In this document: piece after piece, positions 10,242 to 20,902 of the stretch
How the letters are laid out: every line of letters starts with the position of its first letter
Numbering within the stretch: position 1 is the first letter of the stretch
DNA from: an uncultured Arcobacter sp.
GTDB lineage: Bacteria; Campylobacterota; Campylobacteria; Campylobacterales; Arcobacteraceae
Direction of reading: 5' to 3'
NCBI GenBank assembly: GCA_965140705.1
Contig: OZ223300.1
Location: 1,888,001 to 1,952,000, forward strand
DNA length: 64,000 nt
Notes under the pieces: generated by a model
What the model was told of the DNA's origin: nothing
The model's input: only the letters and a program-made list of their open reading frames with translations
The model's database searches: none
Position numbers and translations under genes: made by a program

Positions 10242-11480
10242 TTAATATTTACTCTTTCTTATTTTATTTATATTTAAAAGCATAGCCAATGAGATAATTA
10301 AAGCGACTATAAAAAATCCTGCAAATACATAAAGTGTTTGAGAATAACTTCCTGTCATATCTTTTACAATAGAGATAATCAATGGCCCCACAAGTCCTGC
10401 AGCTGCCCAGGCAGTTAAAATATAACCATGAATAGCACCTAACTCTTTTGTTCCAAAGATATCTCCAATATATGCAGGAATAGAAGCAAACCCTCCCCCA
10501 TAACAAGACATAATAAAATATAAAACAAATTGGAAAACTACAATTTCAGTAATTGAGGGCAACATATAAAAGGCAATAGCTTGTGTAAAGAAAAAGATTA
10601 TGTAAACTACAGGTCTAGTTAGATAATCAGATAATGAAGCCCAAACAATTCTTCCTGCACCATTAAATATCCCCATAAGACCAACAGCAGCAGCTGCTGC
10701 TAAAGCTGATATTCCAATAACTTCTTGTAATAAAGGAGAAGCAACACCAATAATTGCAATTCCACAAGTTACGTTAATAAATAACATTAACCAAAGACCA
10801 TAAAACCTTGGTGTTTTGATGGCTTCATTTAATCCAAGACTTTGCAAATCTTCTTTTAGTTTTTTCTTACCTTCTTTTAGCTTCTTCTTAAAATGCTCAG
10901 GCATATAATCTTTTTCGGGAGCTTGTAAATATAAAGCAGATAAAGACATAATCACAAAATAAGAAAAACCTAGTATAAAAAAAGTACTTGAAATACCTAC
11001 TTTTCCAATAAGTATTTTAATAGTTGGTCCCCAAATAGCTGAAGCAAAACCAAATCCCATAATAGCTAATCCTGTTGCCATTCCCCTTTTGTCGGGAAAC
11101 CACTTAACTAAAGTAGAAACAGGAGAAATATAACCTATACCTAAACCACAGCCACCCAAAACTCCATAAAAAAAGTATAAAAGTAGTTTTGACTCCATCA
11201 GTATTGCAAGACCAGAACCCATAGTTCCTATTCCAAATAATGATGCAGCAATTAAAGCTGAAACCCTTGGACCATTTTTTTCAACAAATTTCCCCATTAG
11301 GGCTGCTGATAAGCCTAAAAAGAAAATTGCAATACTAAAGGCAATTGTTACATCAGTTAAATTCCAAGACATCTGTTCTTGAATCGGTTTTACATATACA
11401 CTCCATGCATATACAGAACCTATACATAAATGAACACCAACAGCAGATAAAGCCATAAGCCAACGGTTTTTTTCAATCAT
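10242..11480 (-). CDS. OFA-family MFS transporter (oxalate/formate or L-lactate type)
   Basis: NRW...GSVYAWSV, KWFPDKRGMATGLAIMGFG, about 12 TM segments. Confidence 0.9.
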   Translation of the reverse strand: MIEKNRWLMALSAVGVHLCIGSVYAWSVYVKPIQEQMSWNLTDVTIAFSIAIFFLGLSAALMGKFVEKNGPRVSALIAASLFGIGTMGSGLAILMESKLLLYFFYGVLGGCGLGIGYISPVSTLVKWFPDKRGMATGLAIMGFGFASAIWGPTIKILIGKVGISSTFFILGFSYFVIMSLSALYLQAPEKDYMPEHFKKKLKEGKKKLKEDLQSLGLNEAIKTPRFYGLWLMLFINVTCGIAIIGVASPLLQEVIGISALAAAAAVGLMGIFNGAGRIVWASLSDYLTRPVVYIIFFFTQAIAFYMLPSITEIVVFQFVLYFIMSCYGGGFASIPAYIGDIFGTKELGAIHGYILTAWAAAGLVGPLIISIVKDMTGSYSQTLYVFAGFFIVALIISLAMLLNINKIRKSKY

Positions 11481-11535
11481 AATATTCCCCACTCTTAAAG
11501 TAATTAAGATTCTAGCAAATATTATTTAAACTTAT

Positions 11536-11757
11536 CTATATTTTATAGTGTAGTTTTTTTATAAAATTTTCACTATCTTCTTGAAAAGATAAAATACATT
11601 TTTTACAAATACAAGCTTTCATCCTGTTTTCTTGGGGAATTAATTCTCTCAATTCCATAGGTACTTTTATATTATTGCACCAACAAGAGTTATTTGGAAT
11701 ATGAGCTTCACATAAATTTTCATTACCACAAAAAGGACATATTTTAGGATTTATCAA
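11536..11757 (-). CDS. Cysteine-rich CWC family protein
   Basis: CPFCG..N.C...CWC...CICKKC. Start overlaps the upstream stop. Confidence 0.8.
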   Translation of the reverse strand: MINPKICPFCGNENLCEAHIPNNSCWCNNIKVPMELRELIPQENRMKACICKKCILSFQEDSENFIKKLHYKI

Positions 11758-12671
11758 TTTATTTTCCTTTTAAAAATCATATTTTTCAAGCTTTTTTCTT
11801 CATTGTTACTAGGAAAAGTATCTAAATTATCCAGTCTTTTTACAAATTCAAATTCACTAGCATTTTCTTCAAATAAGTTTTTTATAAAAACTGTATCTAA
11901 TTCAGGAGCATTGAGGCAAGATAAAACTATGCAATCTTCACTTGCCAATTCCTTTAATCTTCGAATAATCTTTTCATAATCTTTACTTGCTGCAAAACTT
12001 CCCTTTTGAAAAGATGGTGGATCTATAATAATAATCTCATATGGAGCATATTTTTTAATTCTACTCCATGATTTTAAAATATTATATGGTAAAAATTTCA
12101 CATTTTTTGTATCCAAATTATTTATTCTATGATTTTCTCTTCCAGTGCTTAGTGCACCCTTTGACATATCTACATTTACAACTTGTTTTGCCCCAGCACT
12201 AATTGATACAACTGAAAAAGCGCAAGTATATGAAAAAAGATTTAAAATATTTTTATTTTTTGCTATTGATTTAATAAATTCTCGCCCTATTTTCATATCA
12301 GGAAATAAACCTATATTTTGATTTGAAAAATTAATATTATATTTAAGAGTATTTTCTATTGCATATGCATTATTTGGTAAACTACCCCTTAATACTTCAT
12401 AAGAATCTTCTTTTAAATATCTTTTTTGAATAATCAAAGAAGAAAAATTCATTTCTTCAAATATTTCATTAAATATTTTCTTTAAATCAGCTTCTACTAT
12501 TTCATCAATACTTTGGAACAAGCTAATAAATAAAACCTTATCTATTTTATCAACACATAAATAAGCAAAGTCTTCATAAAAATTACCCCTACCATGAAAA
12601 ACTCTTTTAAATTCATTTGTACTATTTTTTAAATTGAGTAATATTAATTCTTTTAATTGAGTAATATTCAT
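11754..12671 (-). CDS. Class I SAM-dependent methyltransferase (RlmI/RlmK-like)
   Basis: GLFPDM, LNLFSYTCAFSV, VNVDMS and IIIDPPSF motifs. Confidence 0.85.
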   Translation of the reverse strand: MNITQLKELILLNLKNSTNEFKRVFHGRGNFYEDFAYLCVDKIDKVLFISLFQSIDEIVEADLKKIFNEIFEEMNFSSLIIQKRYLKEDSYEVLRGSLPNNAYAIENTLKYNINFSNQNIGLFPDMKIGREFIKSIAKNKNILNLFSYTCAFSVVSISAGAKQVVNVDMSKGALSTGRENHRINNLDTKNVKFLPYNILKSWSRIKKYAPYEIIIIDPPSFQKGSFAASKDYEKIIRRLKELASEDCIVLSCLNAPELDTVFIKNLFEENASEFEFVKRLDNLDTFPSNNEEKSLKNMIFKRKIN

Positions 12672-12722
12672 GAAATACCTTATTTATAAATAATTTGGAG
12701 ATTTTGAGTGTTTAAAGTAGTA

Positions 12723-12751
12723 TTTAAAAAGGGATAGTACCCCTTTTTAAA
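12723..12751. terminator. Intrinsic terminator after the RRM gene
   Basis: TTTAAAAAGGG-7 nt-CCCTTTTTAAA perfect inverted repeat. Confidence 0.7.
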
Positions 12752-12759
12752 GTTTTAGA

Positions 12760-13038
12760 TTAATATCTATTGTTGAATTCTCTTCTTGGTTTATCTTCTT
12801 TTGGTTTAGCTTCATTAATTCTTAAAGTTCTACCTTCAAACTCTTTACCATTTAGTTCTTCAATAGCCTTTAGTGCTGCGCTATCATCATTCATAGCAAC
12901 AAAACCAAATCCCTTAGCTCTACCAGTATCTCTATCTGTTATTAATTTTACACTACTAACTTCCCCATATTGTGAAAATAAAGTAGTTAAACCCTCTTCT
13001 GTTGTACCGTAAGACATATTACCCACATAAATTTGCAT
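12760..13038 (-). CDS. RNA recognition motif (RRM) protein
   Basis: RNP2 IYVGNM and RNP1 KGFGFVAM. Confidence 0.95.
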   Translation of the reverse strand: MQIYVGNMSYGTTEEGLTTLFSQYGEVSSVKLITDRDTGRAKGFGFVAMNDDSAALKAIEELNGKEFEGRTLRINEAKPKEDKPRREFNNRY

Positions 13039-13236
13039 TTTTCTTTTTTCCTTTTAATATGTATATTTCCAATAAAAATTATACATACAATGAAAATATC
13101 AATAGTTAGTATAAAGTCATTAAAAAATATTTTCAATTATACAATAATAATTGATACTTTTGTCATTTTTATGAATTTTTTAGAAATTTTAAAAGTTTTA
13201 TATCCATTTTCTACCCAATTTTTCAATCATTCTTTA

Positions 13237-14196
13237 TCACTTAATTAAAAATGGATTATATATAGATTTAAATAATTTTACATCTTTTACATCTTTAAAC
13301 AAGAGCTTTATTCCTTCGTGTTCATTTAAATTTCCATGTACCAAAATTATATTTCCATCTATCGCTACTTTTTTTGATTTTACCAACCAATTACTTGTTC
13401 CAAGAGGAATCAGGGAAAATTCATTTATCACTCTTTTATTAATTTTTGCACTTGATATTAGACCAGGAAACCTAAAAAATATAGATGGTATCTGATTATT
13501 TAACAGCAACATTTTTTCCACATCTAAAATTTCAACATCTAAATTGGTTTTAAAATAAAGCATAAAGTTCTTTTCTAATACTTTTTCATTTTTATCATAA
13601 TAATGATTTCGAGAATGATTTATCCAAGTTATATCTAGTTTTTTATTATTTATAAGAGATAAAAACTCTTTTTTATGTGCCTTTACCCATCTATAGGTTA
13701 TAGAAATAGCAATTGGAATTTTTCTGTTTACCTCTTTTAAGTTTAAAAACTTTTCAAATAACTCCTTTTCATATCCTTTTTTAGAAGAAGGGCACATATC
13801 TATAGTAAGATACATTTCATGGGGGTTCTTTTTTATACTGTCATTAATACCAGCATTTGATATTGGAAAAGAGTTTTCTAGGGCTCTATTAACTAAAATA
13901 TCATAATTGGTATTTTTCAAAATAGATTTATCTACTTTTTCTAATTTACTTTTTTCATTTTGTGTTAGTATTATTGTTTTCAAGCTATTAAGATTAATAG
14001 CCAAAAAGAAAGATTTAGATTTATAATTATAAGACCTTATTAATAAAAACTTATTTTCAGAGTCTTTATAAAAAGATTTTATAACTTTATAGTTTTTTAT
14101 TTTTGAAGTATCTAGTTGTACATTGGCTTTTAATGGAATTAAAGCCAATAATACAAAGGCAATAAAATAGTAGAAAAATACTTTAGATTTTTTCAT
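13237..14196 (-). CDS. Exported polysaccharide-deacetylase-like protein
   Basis: Signal peptide; LTIDMCPS, WINHS..H, FFRFPGL, ILVHGN. Confidence 0.65.
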   Translation of the reverse strand: MKKSKVFFYYFIAFVLLALIPLKANVQLDTSKIKNYKVIKSFYKDSENKFLLIRSYNYKSKSFFLAINLNSLKTIILTQNEKSKLEKVDKSILKNTNYDILVNRALENSFPISNAGINDSIKKNPHEMYLTIDMCPSSKKGYEKELFEKFLNLKEVNRKIPIAISITYRWVKAHKKEFLSLINNKKLDITWINHSRNHYYDKNEKVLEKNFMLYFKTNLDVEILDVEKMLLLNNQIPSIFFRFPGLISSAKINKRVINEFSLIPLGTSNWLVKSKKVAIDGNIILVHGNLNEHEGIKLLFKDVKDVKLFKSIYNPFLIK

Positions 14197-14259
14197 ATAA
14201 TCTCAATAATTAATTTTATGTATTATATGTAAAAAGATATTAAAATAAATACTATTTTT

Positions 14260-14613
14260 TCAACTTTTTAGTTTCAAAAAATCTCCATCAATTATCAGTA
14301 GTTTTACACCCTCTTTTGTAAATGAACGATGAGAACTCAATTCATCTGAAACTATATATGACATACCAGGTTTCAAAATAGAACTTTCCCCATCTTTTTG
14401 TTCATTTATAACTTCACCATCTAAGCAATAAACAATATGACCTTTTTCACACCAATGATCAGCAACATAATTTGCAGAATATGTTACAACTCTTACTCTT
14501 AATCCTTCAAATTGCAAAGTTTGCCAATATGCTGTTCCAGACTCACCCTTATGCTCTGTTTTTGGTATATTTGACCAATCTATTGTTTGAAAAGGTATAT
14601 TCCTATTATTCAT
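14260..14613 (-). CDS. DHCW-motif cupin fold protein
   Basis: EHKGESG.AYW...ADHWCEKGH...SHRS. Confidence 0.85.
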   Translation of the reverse strand: MNNRNIPFQTIDWSNIPKTEHKGESGTAYWQTLQFEGLRVRVVTYSANYVADHWCEKGHIVYCLDGEVINEQKDGESSILKPGMSYIVSDELSSHRSFTKEGVKLLIIDGDFLKLKS

Positions 14614-14727
14614 TTTTTCTCTTTTAATATTATTTTCAATATGGTAGCTAAAATAGTTAAAATTTATTTTATAAATCTACTATTTAAGTTTAATAAATTA
14701 TTAAATCTTATTTGATAATATGAACAA

Positions 14728-16302
14728 ATGAATAATAAATTACAAATGGTTTATACCTACCACAATGAAACAAAACATTCCCAACAAAGATATGCAAAAT
14801 CTTTAGGATATATGGATTGGGCAACACAACCAAATCCATATAGAACATATATAGATACAAAGAAAATAAAACTGCCTCTATCTTTTGAAAATAAGACTTT
14901 GGAATATAGCCAAATATTTAATCAAAAAAAAGAAGATACCTTATCTGCACCCCTATGCAAAGAAGCTATCTCACAATTCTTTCAGTTTTCCCTTGGGCTT
15001 GCTGCGATTAAAGAATATCAAGGTCAATCTTGGGCCTTAAGATGTAATGCCTCAAGCGGAAACCTACAACCAAGTGAAGCCTATCTTATAGCAAATGATA
15101 TACCAGGTATTGATGATGGACTTTTCCACTATTGCCCACTTGACCATGAACTTGAATTATTATCAAATGCAAATGAAGAATTAACCCTACCCAAAAATAG
15201 TTTTTTGGTCTGTTTATCATCAATAGTATGGAGAGAGGCTTGGAAATATGGAGAAAGAGCTTGGAGATATACTCAACTTGATTGTGGACACGCTTTAAAA
15301 GCCTTAGAAATTTCAGCTTTAATTTTAGGTTGGAAGATTGAAGTAGTAAATACAAAAGATTCTACTCTTCAAAATCTAATAGGATTTGATCAAGCCCAAA
15401 GATTTATACCCCAAGAGCGAGAACTTCCTGATATGTTATTATTAGTCTCTTTTAATGATATTTCAGAAAATAAATTAAAAGAAATAGATATTAATAAAAT
15501 AAGAGATTCATTGGAAAAAACTTACAGAGGAAAAGCAAACCAATTAAGTCATAATTGGCACAAGTGGGATATCTTAGAAAAAATAGAAGATGCAACTTTA
15601 AGTGATGATTTAGAGATTAAAGAATATATAAATGACAAATATGAAATAAATCATTACAGAGAAACTTCATTTTTAGCAAAAGATATTGTATTAAATCGAC
15701 GTTCAGCACAAATAATGGATAAAGATAACTCAAATATCACAAAAAAAGAGTTTGAGACTATTCTAGCTTCTGTAAAATCAGATAAGGCATCTATACACTT
15801 AGTAATCTTTATACATAACGTAACAGATATTGAACAAGGGCTTTACATATTAGTTCGTAATCAAAACCATAAAGAGCAATTACAAACTCTATTTAAAAAA
15901 GAGTTTCTTTGGGAAAAAGTTGATACCAACGCAGGTTTATTATATAAACTTGAAGAGGGAGATTTTAAATTCCTATCAAAAGCTATTTCTTGTAATCAAG
16001 ATATTGCAAGTAATGGAGCATTTACACTTGGAATGTTAGCCCAGTTTTCAAATCAATTAGAACAATTTGGAGCTTCAAGGTATAAGCAACTTTATTGGGA
16101 TTGTGGAGCTATTGGACAGCAACTCTATTTAGAAGCTACCTCGCTAAAACTTTCAGCCACTGGTATTGGATGCTTTTTAGATGATATACTTCATGGAGCA
16201 CTTGGTTTACAAACAAATCATTTCCAAACACTTTATCATTTTACAATAGGAAGAGGATTGATTGATACTAGGCTCTCAACTAAAAAACCCTATATTGACT
16301 AA
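14728..16302 (+). CDS. SagB/ThcOx-like nitroreductase-family dehydrogenase
   Basis: YHNETKHS...LRCNASSGNLQPSEAY...REAWKYGERA...GQQLYLEA...ATGIGCF. Confidence 0.85.
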   Translation: MNNKLQMVYTYHNETKHSQQRYAKSLGYMDWATQPNPYRTYIDTKKIKLPLSFENKTLEYSQIFNQKKEDTLSAPLCKEAISQFFQFSLGLAAIKEYQGQSWALRCNASSGNLQPSEAYLIANDIPGIDDGLFHYCPLDHELELLSNANEELTLPKNSFLVCLSSIVWREAWKYGERAWRYTQLDCGHALKALEISALILGWKIEVVNTKDSTLQNLIGFDQAQRFIPQERELPDMLLLVSFNDISENKLKEIDINKIRDSLEKTYRGKANQLSHNWHKWDILEKIEDATLSDDLEIKEYINDKYEINHYRETSFLAKDIVLNRRSAQIMDKDNSNITKKEFETILASVKSDKASIHLVIFIHNVTDIEQGLYILVRNQNHKEQLQTLFKKEFLWEKVDTNAGLLYKLEEGDFKFLSKAISCNQDIASNGAFTLGMLAQFSNQLEQFGASRYKQLYWDCGAIGQQLYLEATSLKLSATGIGCFLDDILHGALGLQTNHFQTLYHFTIGRGLIDTRLSTKKPYID

Positions 16303-16360
16303 ATAATCATACTATTAAAAAGAAGTGGCTAAAATTCTATAAATAATAAATAGGATTTAA

Positions 16361-17209
16361 ATGAATACTTTTTTCTCAATAGATGAACTTAAAAACTATG
16401 CCTATATAATAATAGGCTCTGTTTTTTTAGCCCTTGCAGTTGTTGGTTTTTTTGCACCTAGTGAACTTATCACAGGAGGAACTGCTGGACTTGCCTTATT
16501 AATTCACTATATTACAAGTTTAACCATTGGTACAATAATTGTTTTAATTAACTTTCCTCTAATCTTACTTGGTATTAAATTCCTTGGAAAAATGTTTGCT
16601 GTTCGAACAATTATTACTATTCTTTTAATATCTATATTTATTGATTTACTAACTCAAGTAGTTCATTTAAAACCTTTTATTGTAGATAATGCCTTAGGTG
16701 CTATTTTTGGTGGTATTTTTGTAGGTATTGGATTGGCTTTTATTATAAAAGGAGAATCAACTGCTGGTGGCTCAACCATCTTAGCAAAAATAATTTCATC
16801 AAAAACAGAATTAAAACCTGGACAAGTTATTTTAGTAATCGACTTTATGATTATTTTCTCATCACTTTTTATTCTTGAAGATACAGGAAAAGTATTATGG
16901 AGTATTATAAGTATTTATATTACAGCAAAGGTTATTGATGTAATGCTAACTGGTAATCTTAATAAAAAAGTTGTCTATTTAGTTACTCAAAAAACCGACC
17001 TTTTTAAAGAATTAATTAGAAATGAATTAGGACCCCAAGGAACCATAATAAGAGGTGATGGTCTTTTTGATAATGAAGATAAAAAAATGATTTTAATTGT
17101 TGTAAAAGTTGATAAACTACAAAAATTAAGAGAACTTGTAAAAAAGAATGATCCAGATGGATTTCTAATCATCACAGAAGCTACAGAAATGCTAGGACGT
17201 GGACATTAA
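16361..17209 (+). CDS. YitT-family membrane protein
   Basis: GGTAGL and STAGG motifs; C-terminal DPDGF...E.LGRG (DUF2179). Confidence 0.85.
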   Translation: MNTFFSIDELKNYAYIIIGSVFLALAVVGFFAPSELITGGTAGLALLIHYITSLTIGTIIVLINFPLILLGIKFLGKMFAVRTIITILLISIFIDLLTQVVHLKPFIVDNALGAIFGGIFVGIGLAFIIKGESTAGGSTILAKIISSKTELKPGQVILVIDFMIIFSSLFILEDTGKVLWSIISIYITAKVIDVMLTGNLNKKVVYLVTQKTDLFKELIRNELGPQGTIIRGDGLFDNEDKKMILIVVKVDKLQKLRELVKKNDPDGFLIITEATEMLGRGH

Positions 17210-17250
17210 CCATTAATTTAAACTTCTATTTTTATCTAATATAAAAACAA

Positions 17251-17270
17251 AAGCCACTTTTAAGACACTT
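17251..17270 (+). promoter_or_regulatory. Tandem direct repeat upstream of the symporter, possible response-regulator site
   Basis: AAGCCACTT / AAGACACTT at 11-bp period, just upstream of a TATAGT -10-like hexamer. Confidence 0.35.
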
Positions 17271-17314
17271 AATATAGTTATAGTTTATGACTAAAACATA
17301 TAAAAAGGAAATAT

Positions 17315-18550
17315 ATGGCTAAGAAGTCGTTATTAAAAAACATAGGATTTCAAATCTTAATTGCTATGATTTTGGGTACCGTTATAGGTATCATTATGGG
17401 AGAAGAAGCATCAATTTTCGCTCCTTTAGGTACCATTTTTATTCACTTAATAAAAATGCTAGTTATACCATTAATAGTTATTTCTATTATCTCTGGGGCT
17501 GCAAATTTGAGTGATAGTCCAAGTGCTGGAAAAGTAGGAATAGGAACAATTGTATTCTTTCTTGCAACTTCTGCAATTGCGGTTGCCCTTGCCCTTCTTG
17601 CAGGTGAAATATTCAAACCAGGTGTTGGTTTAGACTTAAGTAGTGTTCATCATATGTTCTCAAATCAATATGCAGATAAAGGTGAATTACCAACTGCAAT
17701 AGAGACAGTTATAGGAATGATTCCTACAAATATATTCCAATCACTTTTAGATGCAAACATCCTACAAATTTTAGTATTTTGTCTATTTTTTGGTATTGCT
17801 CTTTCAAAAGTACCAAAAGAAAAAAGTGCTCCTATTATGAATAGTTTAGAAGCTACAACTCAAGCACTAATTTGGATGGTAACAGTAGTTATGTTATTGG
17901 CACCAATTGGGGTATTTGGGCTTATGGCTGATTCTGTTGGAACATACGGGTTTGAAATGCTTGAACTTGTTGGAAAACTATTTCTTGTATATATTGGTGC
18001 CCTATTAGTTTATGGTTATGGTTTTTATCCTTTATTAATTAAACTATTCTCAAAAATGCCAGTAATTGAATTTATTTCTGCTATGAAAAAACCTCAAATA
18101 GTAGCATTATCAACAGCTTCATCTATGGCAACACTTCCTGTTAATATGAAAACATGTGAAGAAGAACTTAAAATTTCTAAATCAACTTGTTCTTTTGTCC
18201 TTCCATTGGGAGCAACTATTAATATGAGTGGAAATGCTATTTATTATGGTTTAGTTGCAATTTTCTTTGCCCAAGTTTACAATATTGACTTAGGTGTTGG
18301 TGGATATGTAGCTATTATCTTTACTGCAACAATTGGTGCTATTGGACAAGCAGGAGTTCCTGGTCCTTCATTCTTAGTAGTTGCTGTCTTAATTGCAGCT
18401 GGTATTCCAATAGAAGGTTTACCTTTACTTTTTGCACTAGATAGAATGTTTGATATGACAAGAACTGCTTTAAATATCACTGGTGATGCAGCTTGTGCTG
18501 TTATTATTGATAACTATAACACTAAAAAAGATAAATTAGAAATGATATAA
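17315..18550 (+). CDS. Dicarboxylate/amino acid:cation symporter (DAACS)
   Basis: STASSMATLP, LPLGATINMSG, DRMFDMTRTALN. Confidence 0.92.
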   Translation: MAKKSLLKNIGFQILIAMILGTVIGIIMGEEASIFAPLGTIFIHLIKMLVIPLIVISIISGAANLSDSPSAGKVGIGTIVFFLATSAIAVALALLAGEIFKPGVGLDLSSVHHMFSNQYADKGELPTAIETVIGMIPTNIFQSLLDANILQILVFCLFFGIALSKVPKEKSAPIMNSLEATTQALIWMVTVVMLLAPIGVFGLMADSVGTYGFEMLELVGKLFLVYIGALLVYGYGFYPLLIKLFSKMPVIEFISAMKKPQIVALSTASSMATLPVNMKTCEEELKISKSTCSFVLPLGATINMSGNAIYYGLVAIFFAQVYNIDLGVGGYVAIIFTATIGAIGQAGVPGPSFLVVAVLIAAGIPIEGLPLLFALDRMFDMTRTALNITGDAACAVIIDNYNTKKDKLEMI

Positions 18551-18561
18551 AAAGAAGAGTT

Positions 18562-19452
18562 TTAAACTCTTCTTTTTTCTACTTTTAAAAGCAATTTAAA
18601 AACCCTATTCCCTAATACTGAAATAAATAATCCCGACAATATCAAAATAGCACCAAGAGTTTCTATATGATTTAATTGCTCATTAAGCAAAATATTTGAA
18701 CCAATAATCCCAACAACAGGTATTGCTAAAGCAAAAGGAGTAACAACAGCAGAGTTATAATTTTTAAGTAACCATCCCCAAATAGCAAAAGCAACCAAAG
18801 TGGAAATATACCCAGTATATGCAACTGAAGCCCAAGTTTTAACACTAGAGTTTAACAATAAAGTTAATGGTTCATGTGACTCATAAAAATAAGAGAGTAT
18901 AAATAAAGGAAGTGGAGGAATCAAACTTACCCAAACCATAAAATGCAAAAGGTTTACATCTTTTATTTGTTTCATAATTACATTTGATACTGACCAAAAA
19001 ATTGAAGCACTTAATATTAAAACTATTCCTAGAAGAGTAATATTTGTATCAACTGTAAAAAAGAAAAATCCAAATCCAATAAGAGCTATTAACATACCTA
19101 TTGATTGTGATATTGTAACTTTTTCTTTAAAAATAATCATACTAAGAATTATTGTGAATATAACTTGCGCTTGTAAAAGTAGCGAAGAAATTCCTGCACT
19201 TGCATCTGCTTTCATGGCAATAAATAAAAACGAAAATTTTAAAACACCTAAAAACAGTCCCACTCCTAAAACATTCCAAATAGATGTTTTAGGAAAAGGT
19301 ATAAAAAATATAGCAGGAATAGCCACTATAAAAAATCTTAAAGATGAAAAAAGTATGGGAGGTAACTCTTCTAATCCAAACTTTATCACTGAGAAATTAA
19401 CTCCCCAAATTAAAACAACAATTAATGCTAATAAAATACTTTTTAAATTCAC
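18562..19452 (-). CDS. EamA/DMT exporter
   Basis: WGVNFSVIK...PP...LRF, about 10 TM segments. Confidence 0.88.
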   Translation of the reverse strand: MNLKSILLALIVVLIWGVNFSVIKFGLEELPPILFSSLRFFIVAIPAIFFIPFPKTSIWNVLGVGLFLGVLKFSFLFIAMKADASAGISSLLLQAQVIFTIILSMIIFKEKVTISQSIGMLIALIGFGFFFFTVDTNITLLGIVLILSASIFWSVSNVIMKQIKDVNLLHFMVWVSLIPPLPLFILSYFYESHEPLTLLLNSSVKTWASVAYTGYISTLVAFAIWGWLLKNYNSAVVTPFALAIPVVGIIGSNILLNEQLNHIETLGAILILSGLFISVLGNRVFKLLLKVEKRRV

Positions 19453-19512
19453 TTTCTCTCCCTAAAATGAGAATTATAGAAAATGAATTAAATTAAGTAT
19501 AGTAAAAAATTG

Positions 19513-20472
19513 CTATTTTAATCCATTAACTATATTTACTGGTTTTTTCCCATCTAATACTCTTTTTGCATTTAATGCAGCTTTTTGTCTCATCTCAAAA
19601 TAAGCTTTATCACTATAAAAAGCAGAATGTGGATTTATAATAAACCTACCATCAAGCCAACTCTCTTTTGCCTTCCAAGCATTTACCATCAAACCATCTT
19701 TTGGTGGTTCACTTGGAAGAACATCAAGATTTACACAATTTAAATGTCCAGATTTTAAAGGCTCATAAAAGACATCTAAATCTTTTACAATAGGTCCACG
19801 AGCTGTATTTACTATAGAAGAACCTTTTTTCATCTTAGAGATAAAGTTTTCATCAACTAAGGCATTTGTTTGGGCATTTAAAGGGCAATTTATAGAGATA
19901 ATATCACAAGTTTTAAGCAATTCATCCAAAGACTCAACTCTTTTTGCACCTAACATTTTTTCAGTTCCACTTGATAAATAAGGGTCATAAAAATATGTTT
20001 GAAATCTCAAAGCATTTGCTTTTAAAATAACACTTCCACCTATTCTTCCAGCACCTATGACTCCAAGTTTGTAATCACTAGTTCTTTTGATATTAGTAAA
20101 AGTATTAGCTTGCCAAGAACCATCTTTGTAATCTCTACATTGATAATCATATCTTGTAATTCCTCGAGCAATATTCATAATCATGGCAATTGCAGTATCA
20201 CTTACTTCTTCTGTTCCATAATCAGGAGTATTAGAAGCATAAATACCCTTTTGTTTGATATATTCCAAATCTTGAAACACATCATACCCAACCCCATATC
20301 TAACTAGTGCTTTTAGCTTTGGAAACTTATCAATAAACTCATTTGTTATTTTTTTATGCCAAACCATAAGAACTTCTACATCTTCATGTACTTCAGGTGA
20401 CAATTCATCACCTAAAACCTCTTTTTCTATATAAGGATCTGTTATCTTATCTGTTATAAATACTCTATTCAC
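19513..20472 (-). CDS. D-isomer-specific 2-hydroxyacid dehydrogenase (CtBP-like)
   Basis: RYGVGYD, PDYGTEEV, GAGRIG, NTARG, PHSAFYS. Confidence 0.9.
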   Translation of the reverse strand: MNRVFITDKITDPYIEKEVLGDELSPEVHEDVEVLMVWHKKITNEFIDKFPKLKALVRYGVGYDVFQDLEYIKQKGIYASNTPDYGTEEVSDTAIAMIMNIARGITRYDYQCRDYKDGSWQANTFTNIKRTSDYKLGVIGAGRIGGSVILKANALRFQTYFYDPYLSSGTEKMLGAKRVESLDELLKTCDIISINCPLNAQTNALVDENFISKMKKGSSIVNTARGPIVKDLDVFYEPLKSGHLNCVNLDVLPSEPPKDGLMVNAWKAKESWLDGRFIINPHSAFYSDKAYFEMRQKAALNAKRVLDGKKPVNIVNGLK

Positions 20473-20594
20473 TTTTTCCCTTTATAATAATGTTCTAGAT
20501 AGAATACTATTTCATTTATTATAATCAGATAATATTTTGAAGTATACAGAGAAAAAAAAGCCTTGTCATTAACATAGGTTAATTTTGATATTAA

Positions 20595-20882
20595 TTATTT
20601 AAATTCTACTTCGATTAATACTATATCTTTATCTGTTGGATTAACAACATTGTGTTCAACACCTGCATCTCTGTAATAGCATTCTCCTGATTTTAAAATA
20701 ATACTTTTAAATCCTTCTCCATTATCCATAAGAAGTTCACAATCTTGCATTGGAACAATTACATAATCTCTTTCATGTTTATGCCAAAGAGTTTCACATT
20801 GTGCAGGAAAAAACAAATGGTTAACACAAGTACGTTCATTATTGATTTGTTCAGTTAATTTAAAAAGTGGTCGAGATGTCAT
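20595..20882 (-). CDS. Cupin-domain protein (BauB-like)
   Basis: WHKHERDYVIVP...GVEHNVVN...IEVE. Confidence 0.75.
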   Translation of the reverse strand: MTSRPLFKLTEQINNERTCVNHLFFPAQCETLWHKHERDYVIVPMQDCELLMDNGEGFKSIILKSGECYYRDAGVEHNVVNPTDKDIVLIEVEFK

Positions 20883-20902
20883 TTTTTTCCTTTAAATATA
20901 AT

